64,000 nucleotides of DNA. It comes from a bacterium (lineage in GTDB: Bacteria; Auribacterota; UBA3054). How positions within the stretch are numbered: position 1 is the first letter of the stretch; every line of letters starts with the position of its first letter. A program made the translations under genes and the position numbers. The notes beneath the pieces are model-generated. The model ran no database searches. It saw nothing but the letters and a program-made list of their open reading frames with translations, and was not told the origin of the DNA. The stretch covers positions 5,118 to 69,117 of the forward strand of contig JAGCTE010000006.1 in assembly GCA_017963805.1 (NCBI GenBank). Reading direction: 5' to 3'. This document shows positions 15,680 through 28,362 of the stretch, piece after piece.

Positions 15680-18165
15680 AAGTATCCTTTCTCCTTGGCT
15701 TCCTTTTCCGTCGCGGCCCAATCATTCGTCCTTCCCATAGCCTTGAAACACGCCATGCTTTTTTCATAGGCCTCCTTCGCCGCTTCTTTTTCCCCCTGGT
15801 ACATGACGTAAACGCGCTGGTAATAGGAGAGCGCCTCGCCGTATTTCCCCCCTTCCCGGTAACAGTCCCCCGCCAGCAGGAGCAATGAGGTTTTCTTTGC
15901 CGGCGCCAGGCCTTTCTGAGCCAAAAGCGCGAGAAACTTCCCAAGCGCCTCTTCCCTTTTTCCCTGCCTGAAAAGCGATAACGCCGAGATCTCGTCTTTG
16001 CGCAGGAGATCTTCCAGGCTCTGGAAGGAATCCTCGCCCTCCGCGAGGTATGTTTCCGCCTCGTCGTAGCGCTCCAAATTAACGCTCGCTTCGGCCAAAA
16101 AGAGCCAACCCTCGGAAGCCGCCGGGTCTTTCGGGAATTCCTCCGTCAAATATTTCGCCAGCTCTTTTGTCTCTTTCCCGTTCTTTTCTTCCGAAAGGAC
16201 GAGCCTGCGCCTCAAAGCCTCCGGCCCCAGGGAACGAAACTTCAGTTTGACGAGCATTGGATCGTCTTTTAAAAACAGCGAAATTTTGGCAAAGGAGCCG
16301 GTTTTCCCTTTTTCAAGATCCAATCGCGCTTCCTTCCTTAGCTCTTCCTTATACTCCGACAAGTCGGAAGAAAGCTTTGCCCCGACTTCCAGCGCGCCAA
16401 CCGCCTCCCGTTCGACAAGGTCGTCCTTTGTCTTCAGCCAAAGTTTTTTCGCCGCGGTTCTTCCTTTTTCCGTCTCTCCCAAGATCCGGCAAGCCTCGAG
16501 GTAATTTTGCAGCGCTTCGCCCCTGAAGCCCGGCGTTCCTTCCGACAGCAGGTAAGGCTCAAGCAATTCCATAACAAGCCTTGGCCTTCCCAGGACCTTG
16601 TGGATCTCAGCCGCTTTCAAAAGCGCGTAGCACTCGAAATTGTCAGGCCGCCCGCCTTCCTTAGGCAGATTCTCCTTATAGGCCGCGAGCGCTTCCGCAA
16701 GCTCCCCCAGAGCGCCCAGGGCGTCGCCTAAGGTGTTGCTTACCTCTTTTAGGTTATCGTACTTGGGGTAGCGCTCCAAAACCGCTTTAAGGGCCTTCTT
16801 GGCCCCCGAATAGTCTTCCCTGCGGTAGAGTATGGCCGCCAAACGGAACTCCACGTCCGCCATATGAAGGTTTTCGGGGTATTTTTGCTTGAAAGCCAAA
16901 AAGGTCGCCTGCGCCTCCTCGTCCATCCCCTGGTAATACTCCAGCATGCCCTTCCAATAAACGGCCTCACCTGACAGCTTGTGCTCTTCCCCGAACTCCG
17001 CCAGCCACTTCTCCGTTTCCAACAGAGCCGCCTTCTCCTCCCCCATGAAACCCAGGGCGCAGTCGGCGTAAAGTTTCGCCTCGCCAAGCATTGAGGATTC
17101 TCTGTATTTTTCCGCGTAGGCCAAAAAGCGCTCCCGCGCCCGTAAATATTCCCCCGAGCGCATGGCGCCCTGGGCCGGCAGCAGCGCCAGCGCTTCGATC
17201 TCGTCGTCTTTCAGCTTTTCCCTCAGAAGCTCCTCCGCGCCTCTGTCCAGACGATCCAGGTATCCGCCCTGCAGACAGGCGTAGCAGCTGAGCTTTCTCA
17301 ACCCGATCCTAACGAAGTCGTTGGTCGTTATCCTTATCCCTTCCCCGCAGTAGACCGCGCATTCTGGATAATACGAGGCGTCGTAGCAGGCCCTGGCCAG
17401 TCTAGCAAGCCTCGCCTCTCCGCAGGATCTTTTATTGGCCAGGCGGTAAGCGCTAAGCGCGCCCGCGAAATTATTGCTCATGTACATGACGTCCCCCAAG
17501 CGCAGCGCCAGATAATTCCTCAGCGTTTCCGCTTCTTCCTTTTTGTTGAGCGCCAAGCCTTCCCGCAGATAAGAAAGCGCCGGATCCGCCTTCCCTGTCT
17601 CCAACAAACACCAGGCCAGATGCAGACTAGAGAGCGCCCGGAATTTCTTTTCGTCCTTCACCTCTTCCCAATAGGGCAGGGCCTCCTCATAGCGCCCCGC
17701 CTTCGTCAGAGCCAGGGCCAAATTAGCTTTCACTTCCATTGCCTCGCCGACTCCCTCAGACAAAAGCGCGCGGAAAGTGTCCGCCGCGGACATAAATCGC
17801 CCGAGCTCCATTTCCGCCATGCCGAATCCGAAGCGCGCCTTCCCCGCTTCCGAAAAATCGGGATAAGCCTTCCCGACTTTATCGAAAAGCTCCGCCGCAA
17901 AATCGAACCGCCTGATCCTATACGCCGCCACGCCCCCAAAATAAGTCATCCTCGGGAAATAATTCGACATCGCCTCCTCTTCCCCGTAGCGCTCCAAAAA
18001 CGTACGCGCCGCCAAAAAGGCGTTGGTCGCCTCTCCTCTTTTCAGCGAAGCGTAAGCAAAGCGAAACAGCCCCGCCGAATCGAGATCGTCAAGCTCTCCC
18101 CCAAACGTTAGGCTAAGCCACAGGACACTTATTCCGCAAGCTATGATAATTTTCTGACCGCGCAT
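15676..18165 (-). CDS. Large secreted tetratricopeptide-repeat (TPR) protein.
   Basis: 829 aa. Signal peptide, then dozens of Ax(2)Yx(8)Ax(3)F-type TPR units throughout. Confidence 0.75.
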   Translation of the reverse strand: MRGQKIIIACGISVLWLSLTFGGELDDLDSAGLFRFAYASLKRGEATNAFLAARTFLERYGEEEAMSNYFPRMTYFGGVAAYRIRRFDFAAELFDKVGKAYPDFSEAGKARFGFGMAEMELGRFMSAADTFRALLSEGVGEAMEVKANLALALTKAGRYEEALPYWEEVKDEKKFRALSSLHLAWCLLETGKADPALSYLREGLALNKKEEAETLRNYLALRLGDVMYMSNNFAGALSAYRLANKRSCGEARLARLARACYDASYYPECAVYCGEGIRITTNDFVRIGLRKLSCYACLQGGYLDRLDRGAEELLREKLKDDEIEALALLPAQGAMRSGEYLRARERFLAYAEKYRESSMLGEAKLYADCALGFMGEEKAALLETEKWLAEFGEEHKLSGEAVYWKGMLEYYQGMDEEAQATFLAFKQKYPENLHMADVEFRLAAILYRREDYSGAKKALKAVLERYPKYDNLKEVSNTLGDALGALGELAEALAAYKENLPKEGGRPDNFECYALLKAAEIHKVLGRPRLVMELLEPYLLSEGTPGFRGEALQNYLEACRILGETEKGRTAAKKLWLKTKDDLVEREAVGALEVGAKLSSDLSEYKEELRKEARLDLEKGKTGSFAKISLFLKDDPMLVKLKFRSLGPEALRRRLVLSEEKNGKETKELAKYLTEEFPKDPAASEGWLFLAEASVNLERYDEAETYLAEGEDSFQSLEDLLRKDEISALSLFRQGKREEALGKFLALLAQKGLAPAKKTSLLLLAGDCYREGGKYGEALSYYQRVYVMYQGEKEAAKEAYEKSMACFKAMGRTNDWAATEKEAKEKGYL

Positions 18166-18216
18166 ATATTGCTCCCAATATATAAGCGGTCGCGAAAACG
18201 AAAAAATTGCGCAAAA

Positions 18217-21375
<3,159 letters not shown>

Positions 21376-21418
21376 TCAACCTAAGAAGTGCTAACATATC
21401 TCGCACAAAATGAAAAAC

Positions 21419-21495
21419 GCGCCCGTGGCTCAATTGGATAGAGCGTTTGGCTACGGACCAGAAGGTTAGGGGTTCGAGTCCCTTCGGGCGTACCA
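21419..21495 (+). tRNA. tRNA-Arg (anticodon ACG), CCA encoded.
   Basis: Hand-folded cloverleaf. Acceptor stem GCGCCCG/CGGGCGT (one G-U pair). D-arm GCTC-AATTGGATA-GAGC. Anticodon arm TTTGG-CTACGGA-CCAGA, so anticodon ACG. T-arm with GTTCGAGTC. Ends ACCA. Confidence 0.85.
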
Positions 21496-21532
21496 TATTT
21501 TCCGCCGGAGTTTCCGCTCCGGCGGTTTTTTT
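21438..21532 (+). repeat. 95-bp direct repeat, copy 1. It comprises the 3' part of tRNA-Arg (D-loop to CCA) plus the downstream terminator. It is identical to 28363..28457.
   Basis: The atagagcgtttggctacggaccagaagg...ccggcggttttttt stretch is identical in both places. The flanks diverge immediately outside it. Confidence 0.9.
21502..21532 (+). terminator. Rho-independent terminator after tRNA-Arg (ccgccggag-tttccg-ctccggcgg + T7).
   Basis: Perfect 9-bp GC-rich stem immediately followed by ttttttt. Confidence 0.7.
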
Positions 21533-21562
21533 GTTTTCAAATTGTGAACGCACCGCGTTCCA

Positions 21563-21589
21563 AATTCGTGGCACACTGTGCCACGAATT
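21563..21589. promoter_or_regulatory. Perfect 27-bp palindrome AATTCGTGGCACA-c-TGTGCCACGAATT. Candidate dimeric protein-binding or recombination site.
   Basis: 13-bp arms are exact reverse complements around a single central nucleotide. It sits 31 bp after the tRNA terminator. Confidence 0.4.
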
Positions 21590-21638
21590 CATCAAAAAGC
21601 GCTGAAAACAGTTAAATCATTGGTCACACGCAACTTCA

Positions 21639-21665
21639 AATTCGGTACACACTGTGTACCGAATT
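21639..21665. promoter_or_regulatory. Second perfect 27-bp palindrome AATTCGGTACACA-c-TGTGTACCGAATT, related to the first.
   Basis: Same outer half-sites (AATTCG...CGAATT) and the same central ACACTGT, 76 bp from the first copy. Both are preceded by ttcaaattcg / tccaaattcg. Confidence 0.4.
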
Positions 21666-21725
21666 CAGTACAAAGACAGGCTCGCCATAAATTGCAGATG
21701 ACCGGAAATAGCGCTCAGATATAAT

Positions 21726-23627
21726 CTACTCTGTTTGTCGGCGTTGAAAAACGTTGTTGTTAAGAACGCGATTCGTAGCGATATTCAAAGGTATTTCAAA
21801 ATTCTTCGGCCATTTGTGAGTTGCCGCGTCAAACATCTCTTCTCTGAATTCAGATCCGTCTTTTTCCATAGCCTGCGCAAGCACAGAATTAAAGTCCTGT
21901 TCATCAAGCGGATGTTCCTGACAATAACGCCATAGAGTTTCCTCACACTGCCAACTTATCCCGGAATTTTTCAGATCCTCGTCCGCTTTTTCGCCGCCGT
22001 AGCGCAAAGCTTGCTGAACGTTTTTGACATAATTGGTCTTGTCGCGAACAATCTGTGCGTAAAGAGCCGCGTTTTTGTGTCGCTTCCATTCCATCATGGA
22101 AAAATCTATGCTCGGAACATCAACCATAGAAAGTGTGAGAGCGCTGTAACTCTCACCGCGCTCACGTAAAAGTTCTGCCGCCATTATGTAAGCATAGGAA
22201 GTATATGTTAAGCATGTCGGATACTTATGTACGCTAAGCAAGTGAGACAAAGCCGCTGCCGAACGGTCTTCCTCAGTAAATCCAAAATCAAAGCGATGAA
22301 TTTCATGGAGCATTCTCCCGAGGAAAAAGTGCGCAGCCCCTTTGGTAAAACCATCTGAATTTTCCGGCAAAAGGAAAAAATTCATGAGGGTATAGGCCTT
22401 TTCATAATCTCCCTGCCAAAAAACGCTTTCCGCTTGCCAATACAGACGGCCTGCCGCTCCCGAGATCGCAAGTATACCTTTATATTTTTCACAATCTTCC
22501 AATCTATCTGAAGCATCAGCGATTCGCGCCTCAAACTCATCTATTTCGACAAAACGCTCAATATAATCGGACAAAGTCAGCGCGTTTGTCTCGCGCTGAC
22601 GCTGTTCCGGACTCCATAAATAAGCCGATGTTTCAATTATATTTTTCCAAGGTATAGCCTCGCTTCCTTTAAGAGAGAGATTTTTAGACCATTCCTCTCC
22701 TTCTTTTTTCATTTCTAAAAAAGCGTCCGGGATTTGCCTTCTTTCGTCCAGGAAATTTTCAGCGCTCTGTATAAAACGCATGGCATAAATCAAAACAGGC
22801 ATGCGGTTTTTATTATTTTGCTGTCGCAGCGCATAATTTTTCACATTATCTATGGCATCTAGAATCTTAATTTTTTCGCTGGAATTAGTTACGCAAAGGT
22901 AGGCGTCAAGGCAGGTTTTCGCTAAATTTGGAAAAGCGTTAACATTAACTTCCATCCACTTTTCCAAAAGTTGTAATTTTTCGCCTTCCGAAAAACCGCC
23001 TTTCAAAACAAGATTGAGCGTCGTCTCAAAATCAAGAGATTTGTCAGCACTCCTTAAAGATAGAATAAATTCACGCACTTCCTCGGTAACTTCAGGATGT
23101 TTTTCTCTAAATGAAAGCAGATACTCAATCTGGGGTTTATCAAGATTATCATACATGATAACCTCTTCATAAAGACGAAGGGCGTTTTTGATATCGTTTT
23201 GCTTGACGTAATATCTCCGCAAAGCTTGCTGGGCGTACTTGTATGAGAACCAGCGACGGCCGGCGGCTTTTTCACGGTATTTTTCCAAAACTGCCATCAG
23301 CAAAGCCGGAGCATTTCTTTGCGTTTCTGGGTCTTTCAAACTATAGACCGCGGCCAAACTTTCCAACACAAGATCTAAAGGTTCTCCGTTGGAAAGGAAA
23401 ACGCCCCTGCTCTCTTCGGCTTTAGCGGCAGCGTTAGCGAGTTTGACGGCTGTCCGCCATTGCTTTTCCTTGGCCGCATTTTCTATTTTCAAGCAACGTT
23501 CTGTCAGCCAGACGCTTCCTGTTATGTGAGGGCTGACAAGCCAGACACCCCTCTGAATATCTATGTTACCCAGGGAAAAAGAAGCCCATATGAAACTTAA
23601 GAAAAAGCAAAAAGTGTTCTTCATCAC
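21726..23627 (-). CDS. Family-D secreted helical (TPR-like) protein, copy D1, in the tRNA-flanked island.
   Basis: 633 aa with a signal peptide. The C-terminal ~250 aa are clearly homologous to the 62301..63560 product (YEKAYTLMNFFLLPENSDGFTKGAAHFFLG vs CKKAYRCMNYFLLPENKDDFSVGAAHYYLG; KYPTCLTYTSYAY vs QYKTCLTYIAYSY; TNRVLNN in both). The N-terminus is homologous to the 63557.. partial product. Confidence 0.6.
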   Translation of the reverse strand: MMKNTFCFFLSFIWASFSLGNIDIQRGVWLVSPHITGSVWLTERCLKIENAAKEKQWRTAVKLANAAAKAEESRGVFLSNGEPLDLVLESLAAVYSLKDPETQRNAPALLMAVLEKYREKAAGRRWFSYKYAQQALRRYYVKQNDIKNALRLYEEVIMYDNLDKPQIEYLLSFREKHPEVTEEVREFILSLRSADKSLDFETTLNLVLKGGFSEGEKLQLLEKWMEVNVNAFPNLAKTCLDAYLCVTNSSEKIKILDAIDNVKNYALRQQNNKNRMPVLIYAMRFIQSAENFLDERRQIPDAFLEMKKEGEEWSKNLSLKGSEAIPWKNIIETSAYLWSPEQRQRETNALTLSDYIERFVEIDEFEARIADASDRLEDCEKYKGILAISGAAGRLYWQAESVFWQGDYEKAYTLMNFFLLPENSDGFTKGAAHFFLGRMLHEIHRFDFGFTEEDRSAAALSHLLSVHKYPTCLTYTSYAYIMAAELLRERGESYSALTLSMVDVPSIDFSMMEWKRHKNAALYAQIVRDKTNYVKNVQQALRYGGEKADEDLKNSGISWQCEETLWRYCQEHPLDEQDFNSVLAQAMEKDGSEFREEMFDAATHKWPKNFEIPLNIATNRVLNNNVFQRRQTE

Positions 23628-24508
23628 AACATTGCCAGCGCCTCCACACGGCGCAATTCGCCAATAACAGAAACGATTAAGGGGAGCCTTTTCTTATCAT
23701 CTTTTTGCTCTTGCAGCCATTGTCTCAGAGCCCGGCAATAATCTCTTATAAATTCTGGTTTTTTAACGTCAAGTACGCTAGCCGCTCCAACTATAAAACA
23801 GTTCATTTCGCTTTCCCCGGCACAAGAATTATTTTTTAGCCAAGAGATTATTTTTTCTTGTTTCTTCTCCGCTGATATATCAGAGCGCAGAAAATCTCCT
23901 ATCATGAACAGCGCGTCTTTTTCTCCGGAAAAATCATCTAATAATTCCCCCAACCAGGTTACGCTATACGGCCTTTCCGCCGCTGCGTATAAGATGGTCA
24001 TCAAAGCGATTTTAGACGAAGAGTCATAAGCGAGCCATCTTCTGGCTGTCAGATCATGCGACCGCACGTCTCCCAAAGTCCAGTAATACGACATCAAAAC
24101 TCGAAAAAAGTCGACGTAACGAGCAGAAAACTTTTCTTCCGACAGTTCTTTAAATTCTAGCAAGGCTTTTTCCGTCAGTTTGGGCAGTTCCGGATCGTCG
24201 CGCCGAGCTTCGCTCAAGCATTCTATTTGGGTCAACCGTAAAGTAAGCGCCAGATCTTCTCCGCAGGCCAATTTTATACCAGCCACGGCTGAATCTAGCT
24301 TCTCACATTCAACGGACGCTCGCAAAAAATCCTTGCTTCGCATCAGCGCTTCTATGCGTAGTAAGCCTTCCTTTATAAGGTCGTCCTCTCCTTCATAATG
24401 CCGGCTGACATAACGCACGCCTTCTGTCTTTTCGCATCCGAAAACAGATCCCGCACAAAATGCCAAACAACAGCAAAATAAGAAGAGGCAAAGCTTACCC
24501 GGATTCAT
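23624..24508 (-). CDS. Hypothetical secreted protein (island cargo).
   Basis: ORF 23624..24577. The probable start is the internal MNPGKLCLFLFCCCLAFCAGSVFG signal peptide. No recognisable domain. Confidence 0.4.
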   Translation of the reverse strand: MNPGKLCLFLFCCCLAFCAGSVFGCEKTEGVRYVSRHYEGEDDLIKEGLLRIEALMRSKDFLRASVECEKLDSAVAGIKLACGEDLALTLRLTQIECLSEARRDDPELPKLTEKALLEFKELSEEKFSARYVDFFRVLMSYYWTLGDVRSHDLTARRWLAYDSSSKIALMTILYAAAERPYSVTWLGELLDDFSGEKDALFMIGDFLRSDISAEKKQEKIISWLKNNSCAGESEMNCFIVGAASVLDVKKPEFIRDYCRALRQWLQEQKDDKKRLPLIVSVIGELRRVEALAML

Positions 24509-25797
24509 TTTCTTCTGTGCAGGCAAAGCAGGCCAAGAATCACCAATCCAAGCATGCCCGGCTCTGGCAGTTCCCAAGCCAGCGTAGGCAGAGAAACGCC
24601 TTCTTCGATATACCAGACATGCTCAAAATCCCAGTTTTCAAAGGTTACTTCGCTTTTTAATTCGTCATGAGTTTTAGCAATAGCAAACGAATCATCCAAA
24701 CCGAATGTGGTGGTATCGAAATAGCAATTTGTAACAGTCAAGCTCTTTACTGATTTGAAAGCTAAAAATCCGCCGGTGTGTTTAAAATCTCCTTTTATAT
24801 TTCCTGTAGCATAGCATCTAGAAATGTTAACGCTCACATCATTTATGTAGTTTGTGGTTGAAAAATTTGGGGAAAATGATAGAGAGCCAATAAATCCTCC
24901 CGCAAAAGTCTCACGCCCTGGAAAAGAAGAATCCATTTCCAAATTGAACGCCGCATAGCAGTCCTCAATAGAGAACTCTGCATTGCCATCAGCAAGGAAA
25001 AAGCCAATTAACCCGCCAGTTTCACCAAAACCGGAAGAATATTCAGTATCATTCTCGGCATAGCAACGCGATATTCTCAAATGCGAATTTGTTTCCATCC
25101 TTATCTCACCTATCAACCCCCCTATAGAAGATTGTCCATTCACATGAACTCTGGCCTTGCATTGAGAAATAGAAATTGAATTGTTATATTGGGCATAGAC
25201 CTGGCCAATTAATCCGCCTATTCCTTCAACGGCCACTTCTTTAGGCATTTTTGATTCTATGGTTCCGCTAACAGAACAATTTTCAATAATGGAATTTCCC
25301 TGAGCTTTTCCAACCAAAATACCGGAGCCAAGCCGCCCACAATACTGGACTTCAGCGTCTTCAATCACTATGTTTTTTAAATGAAAATTCCCACATCTAA
25401 AAATACCAACATTTTCTACATATTCCATCGGCATTCTGATGTATGGGTTTTTGATGGCAAAACCTTGCCCATTATAATTTAAAATAAAAGGTTTTATATT
25501 TAAAATTCCAGAATAAGCAGTCATTATGACAGGAAATCCGCCTGCTTCACTCCACTCTTCGCCTTTGGTTTCCGAAGCCAAGATATCCTGCGTCTGCTTG
25601 CAATAAACGGTGGTTCCTTCCTGAAAGGTAGAAAGATTTTCGCTTAGCCAAACAAAGTTTTCCAAGCAAGCAATCTCATACGGACTATCTTCCGTCCCGT
25701 CTCCTTGCGGCTTCACAGGCGTCCTGTCGGCAAAAACTGCAACCACGCACAGAAAACTAAGAATTAAAAATATTTTTTTCATTGTAAACCTCCTCAT
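24505..25797 (-). CDS. Family-A surface protein, copy A1. It has GLUG-like (GG[LF]IG) repeats, likely a beta-helix, with a PEP-CTERM anchor.
   Basis: Signal peptide. N-terminal PxGDGTEDSPYEI..LENFVWL motif. Repeated GGLIG/GGFIG and I..CY motifs. Conserved C-terminal TFENWDFEHVWYIEEG block. Tail LPEPGMLGLVILGLLCLHRRK is a PEP-CTERM. Paralog of 49789..50976 and 53444..54655. Confidence 0.7.
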   Translation of the reverse strand: MRRFTMKKIFLILSFLCVVAVFADRTPVKPQGDGTEDSPYEIACLENFVWLSENLSTFQEGTTVYCKQTQDILASETKGEEWSEAGGFPVIMTAYSGILNIKPFILNYNGQGFAIKNPYIRMPMEYVENVGIFRCGNFHLKNIVIEDAEVQYCGRLGSGILVGKAQGNSIIENCSVSGTIESKMPKEVAVEGIGGLIGQVYAQYNNSISISQCKARVHVNGQSSIGGLIGEIRMETNSHLRISRCYAENDTEYSSGFGETGGLIGFFLADGNAEFSIEDCYAAFNLEMDSSFPGRETFAGGFIGSLSFSPNFSTTNYINDVSVNISRCYATGNIKGDFKHTGGFLAFKSVKSLTVTNCYFDTTTFGLDDSFAIAKTHDELKSEVTFENWDFEHVWYIEEGVSLPTLAWELPEPGMLGLVILGLLCLHRRK

Positions 25798-27170
25798 TCG
25801 GGATCTGGGGTTGGATCCGGGGCCAAGACAAAACGGCTCAGAATCGGACTGTTAATTTGTTGCGCTCTATATAGAATCTTCGGTCGCCCGAAGAAAAATG
25901 TATTGACCATTGACCAACTGGGATAACAGCCCCATCGTTGATCAGGAGGCGCTTTACGCGCCGCCAACGCGCTGGCGTATTCTATTATGTCGGCGCCGAA
26001 GTCAGACACATTGTTATTGAGTAGAAAATTTTCTGACCAAATCGGACTTTGATAAAAAGCAATGTCATCAATTCCGAAATTCATCGAATGATTTTTATTC
26101 CCAAATGTATCTTGACTGATACAAAGTAATGATATGCCTTCATAAATATAGTTTGTTGGAGAGTAAATGTCCGGACACAAAGGTTCGCAAGGCGTCACCA
26201 CGAAAGGTGTTCCATATGCCTCCCAAGTCGGATCCACCGCCCAGGCAACAGAATTAAAATTGGTTGCCACATCTTCTCTAAATATTCCCCATTCGCAACC
26301 ATCAAAATTGCATCCCAAGTTGGCAAATATAGTCCGTTCAGTTAGAGTAGGTCGCGAGGCTGCTAAGACCGCATAGGCATGGTATTGTAAATCAAGTAGT
26401 TCTCTTCCGTTAAAACGAACTTTCAAAGATCCTGTCGGGCTTGAATAATATAAATCTCCATGTCGTTCCATGAACATGTGGTATCCATCAGCGTATTCCT
26501 CCAACCACGTTTGCAAATCGCAATTTTGAATAATAAAATGCTGAGGATAATAATTATTTTTCCGGGTATCACCCCACAGTTTATAACCGCCGGAAGTTAT
26601 TATTTCCAATTTTCCTGGACCAATATACAAATCAGAATCTCTGACCCAAATTTTAACGCTGAGAAGATCATTGTCGTTCCTGTTCATTTGAACATCATCA
26701 TGATCTGGAGTCCCGTTCTTGTTGTCATCATCAAAATTCCAGTGAATAGGAACAGTAACTTGATCGCCAGTGTGCATCCCGTCTATTCCTCTCCTTTGCG
26801 AACTTAAAACAATATCCCTGTAATAAATATATTTTTCTTTTTCCAAGTGACAGATACGTCCTGTAGGATAAATATAATCAACACGAGCATAAGCAACAAG
26901 AACTACAGGCTCGCCTATATAACTTATGGTCAACGGGTTATACACGCTTGTACTCATAAGCTCGTTTCCCCACAAATCTCTTATTAAAAATACATTGGAA
27001 GTCACATCTCCCGAACAGTTAAAACTAACGGTAAACGTGTTGTTAGTTGTTCCTACCGCGACGCGAAACCTACCAAAAATGTCAATAGAATCCGGCACGT
27101 TTGCTAATGCCGCTTTGGCAAAACAAAAAGTGAACAATACAATTGAATGCAATATTATGTTTCTTTTCAT
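25794..27170 (-). CDS. Family-B secreted protein, copy B1 (HWNFDDDN / CEW motif family, function unknown).
   Basis: Signal peptide MKRNIILHSIVLFTFCFAKAALA. Shares VPIHWN(I/F)DDD(D/N)K and DGCEW motifs with the 50996..52432 and 59056..61059 products. Confidence 0.6.
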   Translation of the reverse strand: MKRNIILHSIVLFTFCFAKAALANVPDSIDIFGRFRVAVGTTNNTFTVSFNCSGDVTSNVFLIRDLWGNELMSTSVYNPLTISYIGEPVVLVAYARVDYIYPTGRICHLEKEKYIYYRDIVLSSQRRGIDGMHTGDQVTVPIHWNFDDDNKNGTPDHDDVQMNRNDNDLLSVKIWVRDSDLYIGPGKLEIITSGGYKLWGDTRKNNYYPQHFIIQNCDLQTWLEEYADGYHMFMERHGDLYYSSPTGSLKVRFNGRELLDLQYHAYAVLAASRPTLTERTIFANLGCNFDGCEWGIFREDVATNFNSVAWAVDPTWEAYGTPFVVTPCEPLCPDIYSPTNYIYEGISLLCISQDTFGNKNHSMNFGIDDIAFYQSPIWSENFLLNNNVSDFGADIIEYASALAARKAPPDQRWGCYPSWSMVNTFFFGRPKILYRAQQINSPILSRFVLAPDPTPDPE

Positions 27171-27171
27171 T

Positions 27172-28140
27172 TTACTCCTCCTTTTCCTTTAAGGATTCTG
27201 AGATAGCTTTCCTTACATCTTCGAATTCATATTCTTCCTTTTCGGGAAGTCTGTAATACCAGTAATTGTGATCGGGATGCTCAAAATAGCTTTCCATTTC
27301 TCTATGCCAATTAGGCATTTGTTCCATTACCCATGGTTCAAGCCGCATCTTACCATTAGCCAAGGCTCGTTCTATGCGCGCCCAACCTTCGGCATCTTGG
27401 AGGGTATATTTTTCTCGATTTGTTTCCCACCATTTTGCGTAATCTTTTCCTATTTGCGGATATCTATAGCCCTTTTGGAAAGGCTTTATAACCGCTTCTA
27501 AACTCTTGTCTCCATTTAGAAGCTCTTTGAAAATATACGGAAAGATATGATATCCCATGGAAGTAATGTCGCTGATAAGAAAAGACAAAATGAACTCCCT
27601 CGGATTTTCCCTCCTGTTTTCCTCCTGTCAGCAAGCATACCAGGCCTGCCAAATTTTTGGCATGTGTTTTCTTCCATATACGTACCAGAAATAATACAAA
27701 TCATCGGCACAGAAGATCCTATCGTCCTCTTTGCAATGGAACCAGGAGAAGGCCATGCATTTTGGCGCTTCATAGCCAAATTGCAAACCGCCGTGAATTC
27801 GCATCTGCTTTAAAACAGCTTCTGCCACTGTTCCAGTGGCGTACCCGTTACCGTCACAATATATTCTGGTCTCGACATCTATGCCCCAGCCGTCTTCTAC
27901 CAACTCAGTTAATTTTTCCCAAGCCTCAGAAGGCGACAAACTTTGCAACTGAATACGCGCCTCAAAACCCTCTTTGAACTGTTGTTTAATTTCACCAGGA
28001 TGCTTGTCCCAAGAAAAATCTTCCTTTTCAAAGATAACTACAGGCGTGTTCTCGGCCTTGATGAGCAAATTTGTATATGCCGCCGTCTCTATTCCAAAAA
28101 CCGGAATGGATAAGCATAAACATAAAAGCATTTTCTTCAT
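27172..28140 (-). pseudogene. Family-C secreted protein, copy C1, interrupted by a single in-frame TGA at a conserved Trp codon (28140..27631 plus 27627..27172).
   Basis: ORFs 27628..28140 and 27172..27588 are in the same frame. Across the junction the sequence reads WYAC*QEENRR...GYHIFPYIF, versus intact paralog C2 WYRCWQEENSR...GFYIFPYLA. The TGA at 27628..27630 replaces the TGG that all other copies have. Confidence 0.6.
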
Positions 28141-28362
28141 TGATTCTCTCCGCTTAATAGGCTAACTTTTAACTTCGCAATTATTGTAATAGATAAGTGT
28201 CCTTTTTGTCAAGTCTTGCTTTGCCAAAACGGTATGCCTGTTTTCACACGGCAAAACTTGCCTATTAATAACAAGTTTGAAACTTTTTTGACTACATTGC
28301 TTTGTAATAAGCTGTCGCAAAAACAAAATTTTTGTGTCAGGCTCGTTCGTATTACAGTTAAA

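Noticed and set aside
15468-15944. 158-aa Arg/Lys-rich ORF overlapping the 3' end of the large TPR gene
   Set aside because: It lies in an alternative frame of a well-supported TPR gene and has a highly basic low-complexity composition.
21496-28362. Search for an integrase, excisionase or transposase inside the tRNA-flanked island
   Set aside because: None of the six island ORFs shows tyrosine or serine recombinase hallmarks (no R..HxxR..Y pattern, no DDE). The island is reported as integrase-less rather than as a defined mobile element.
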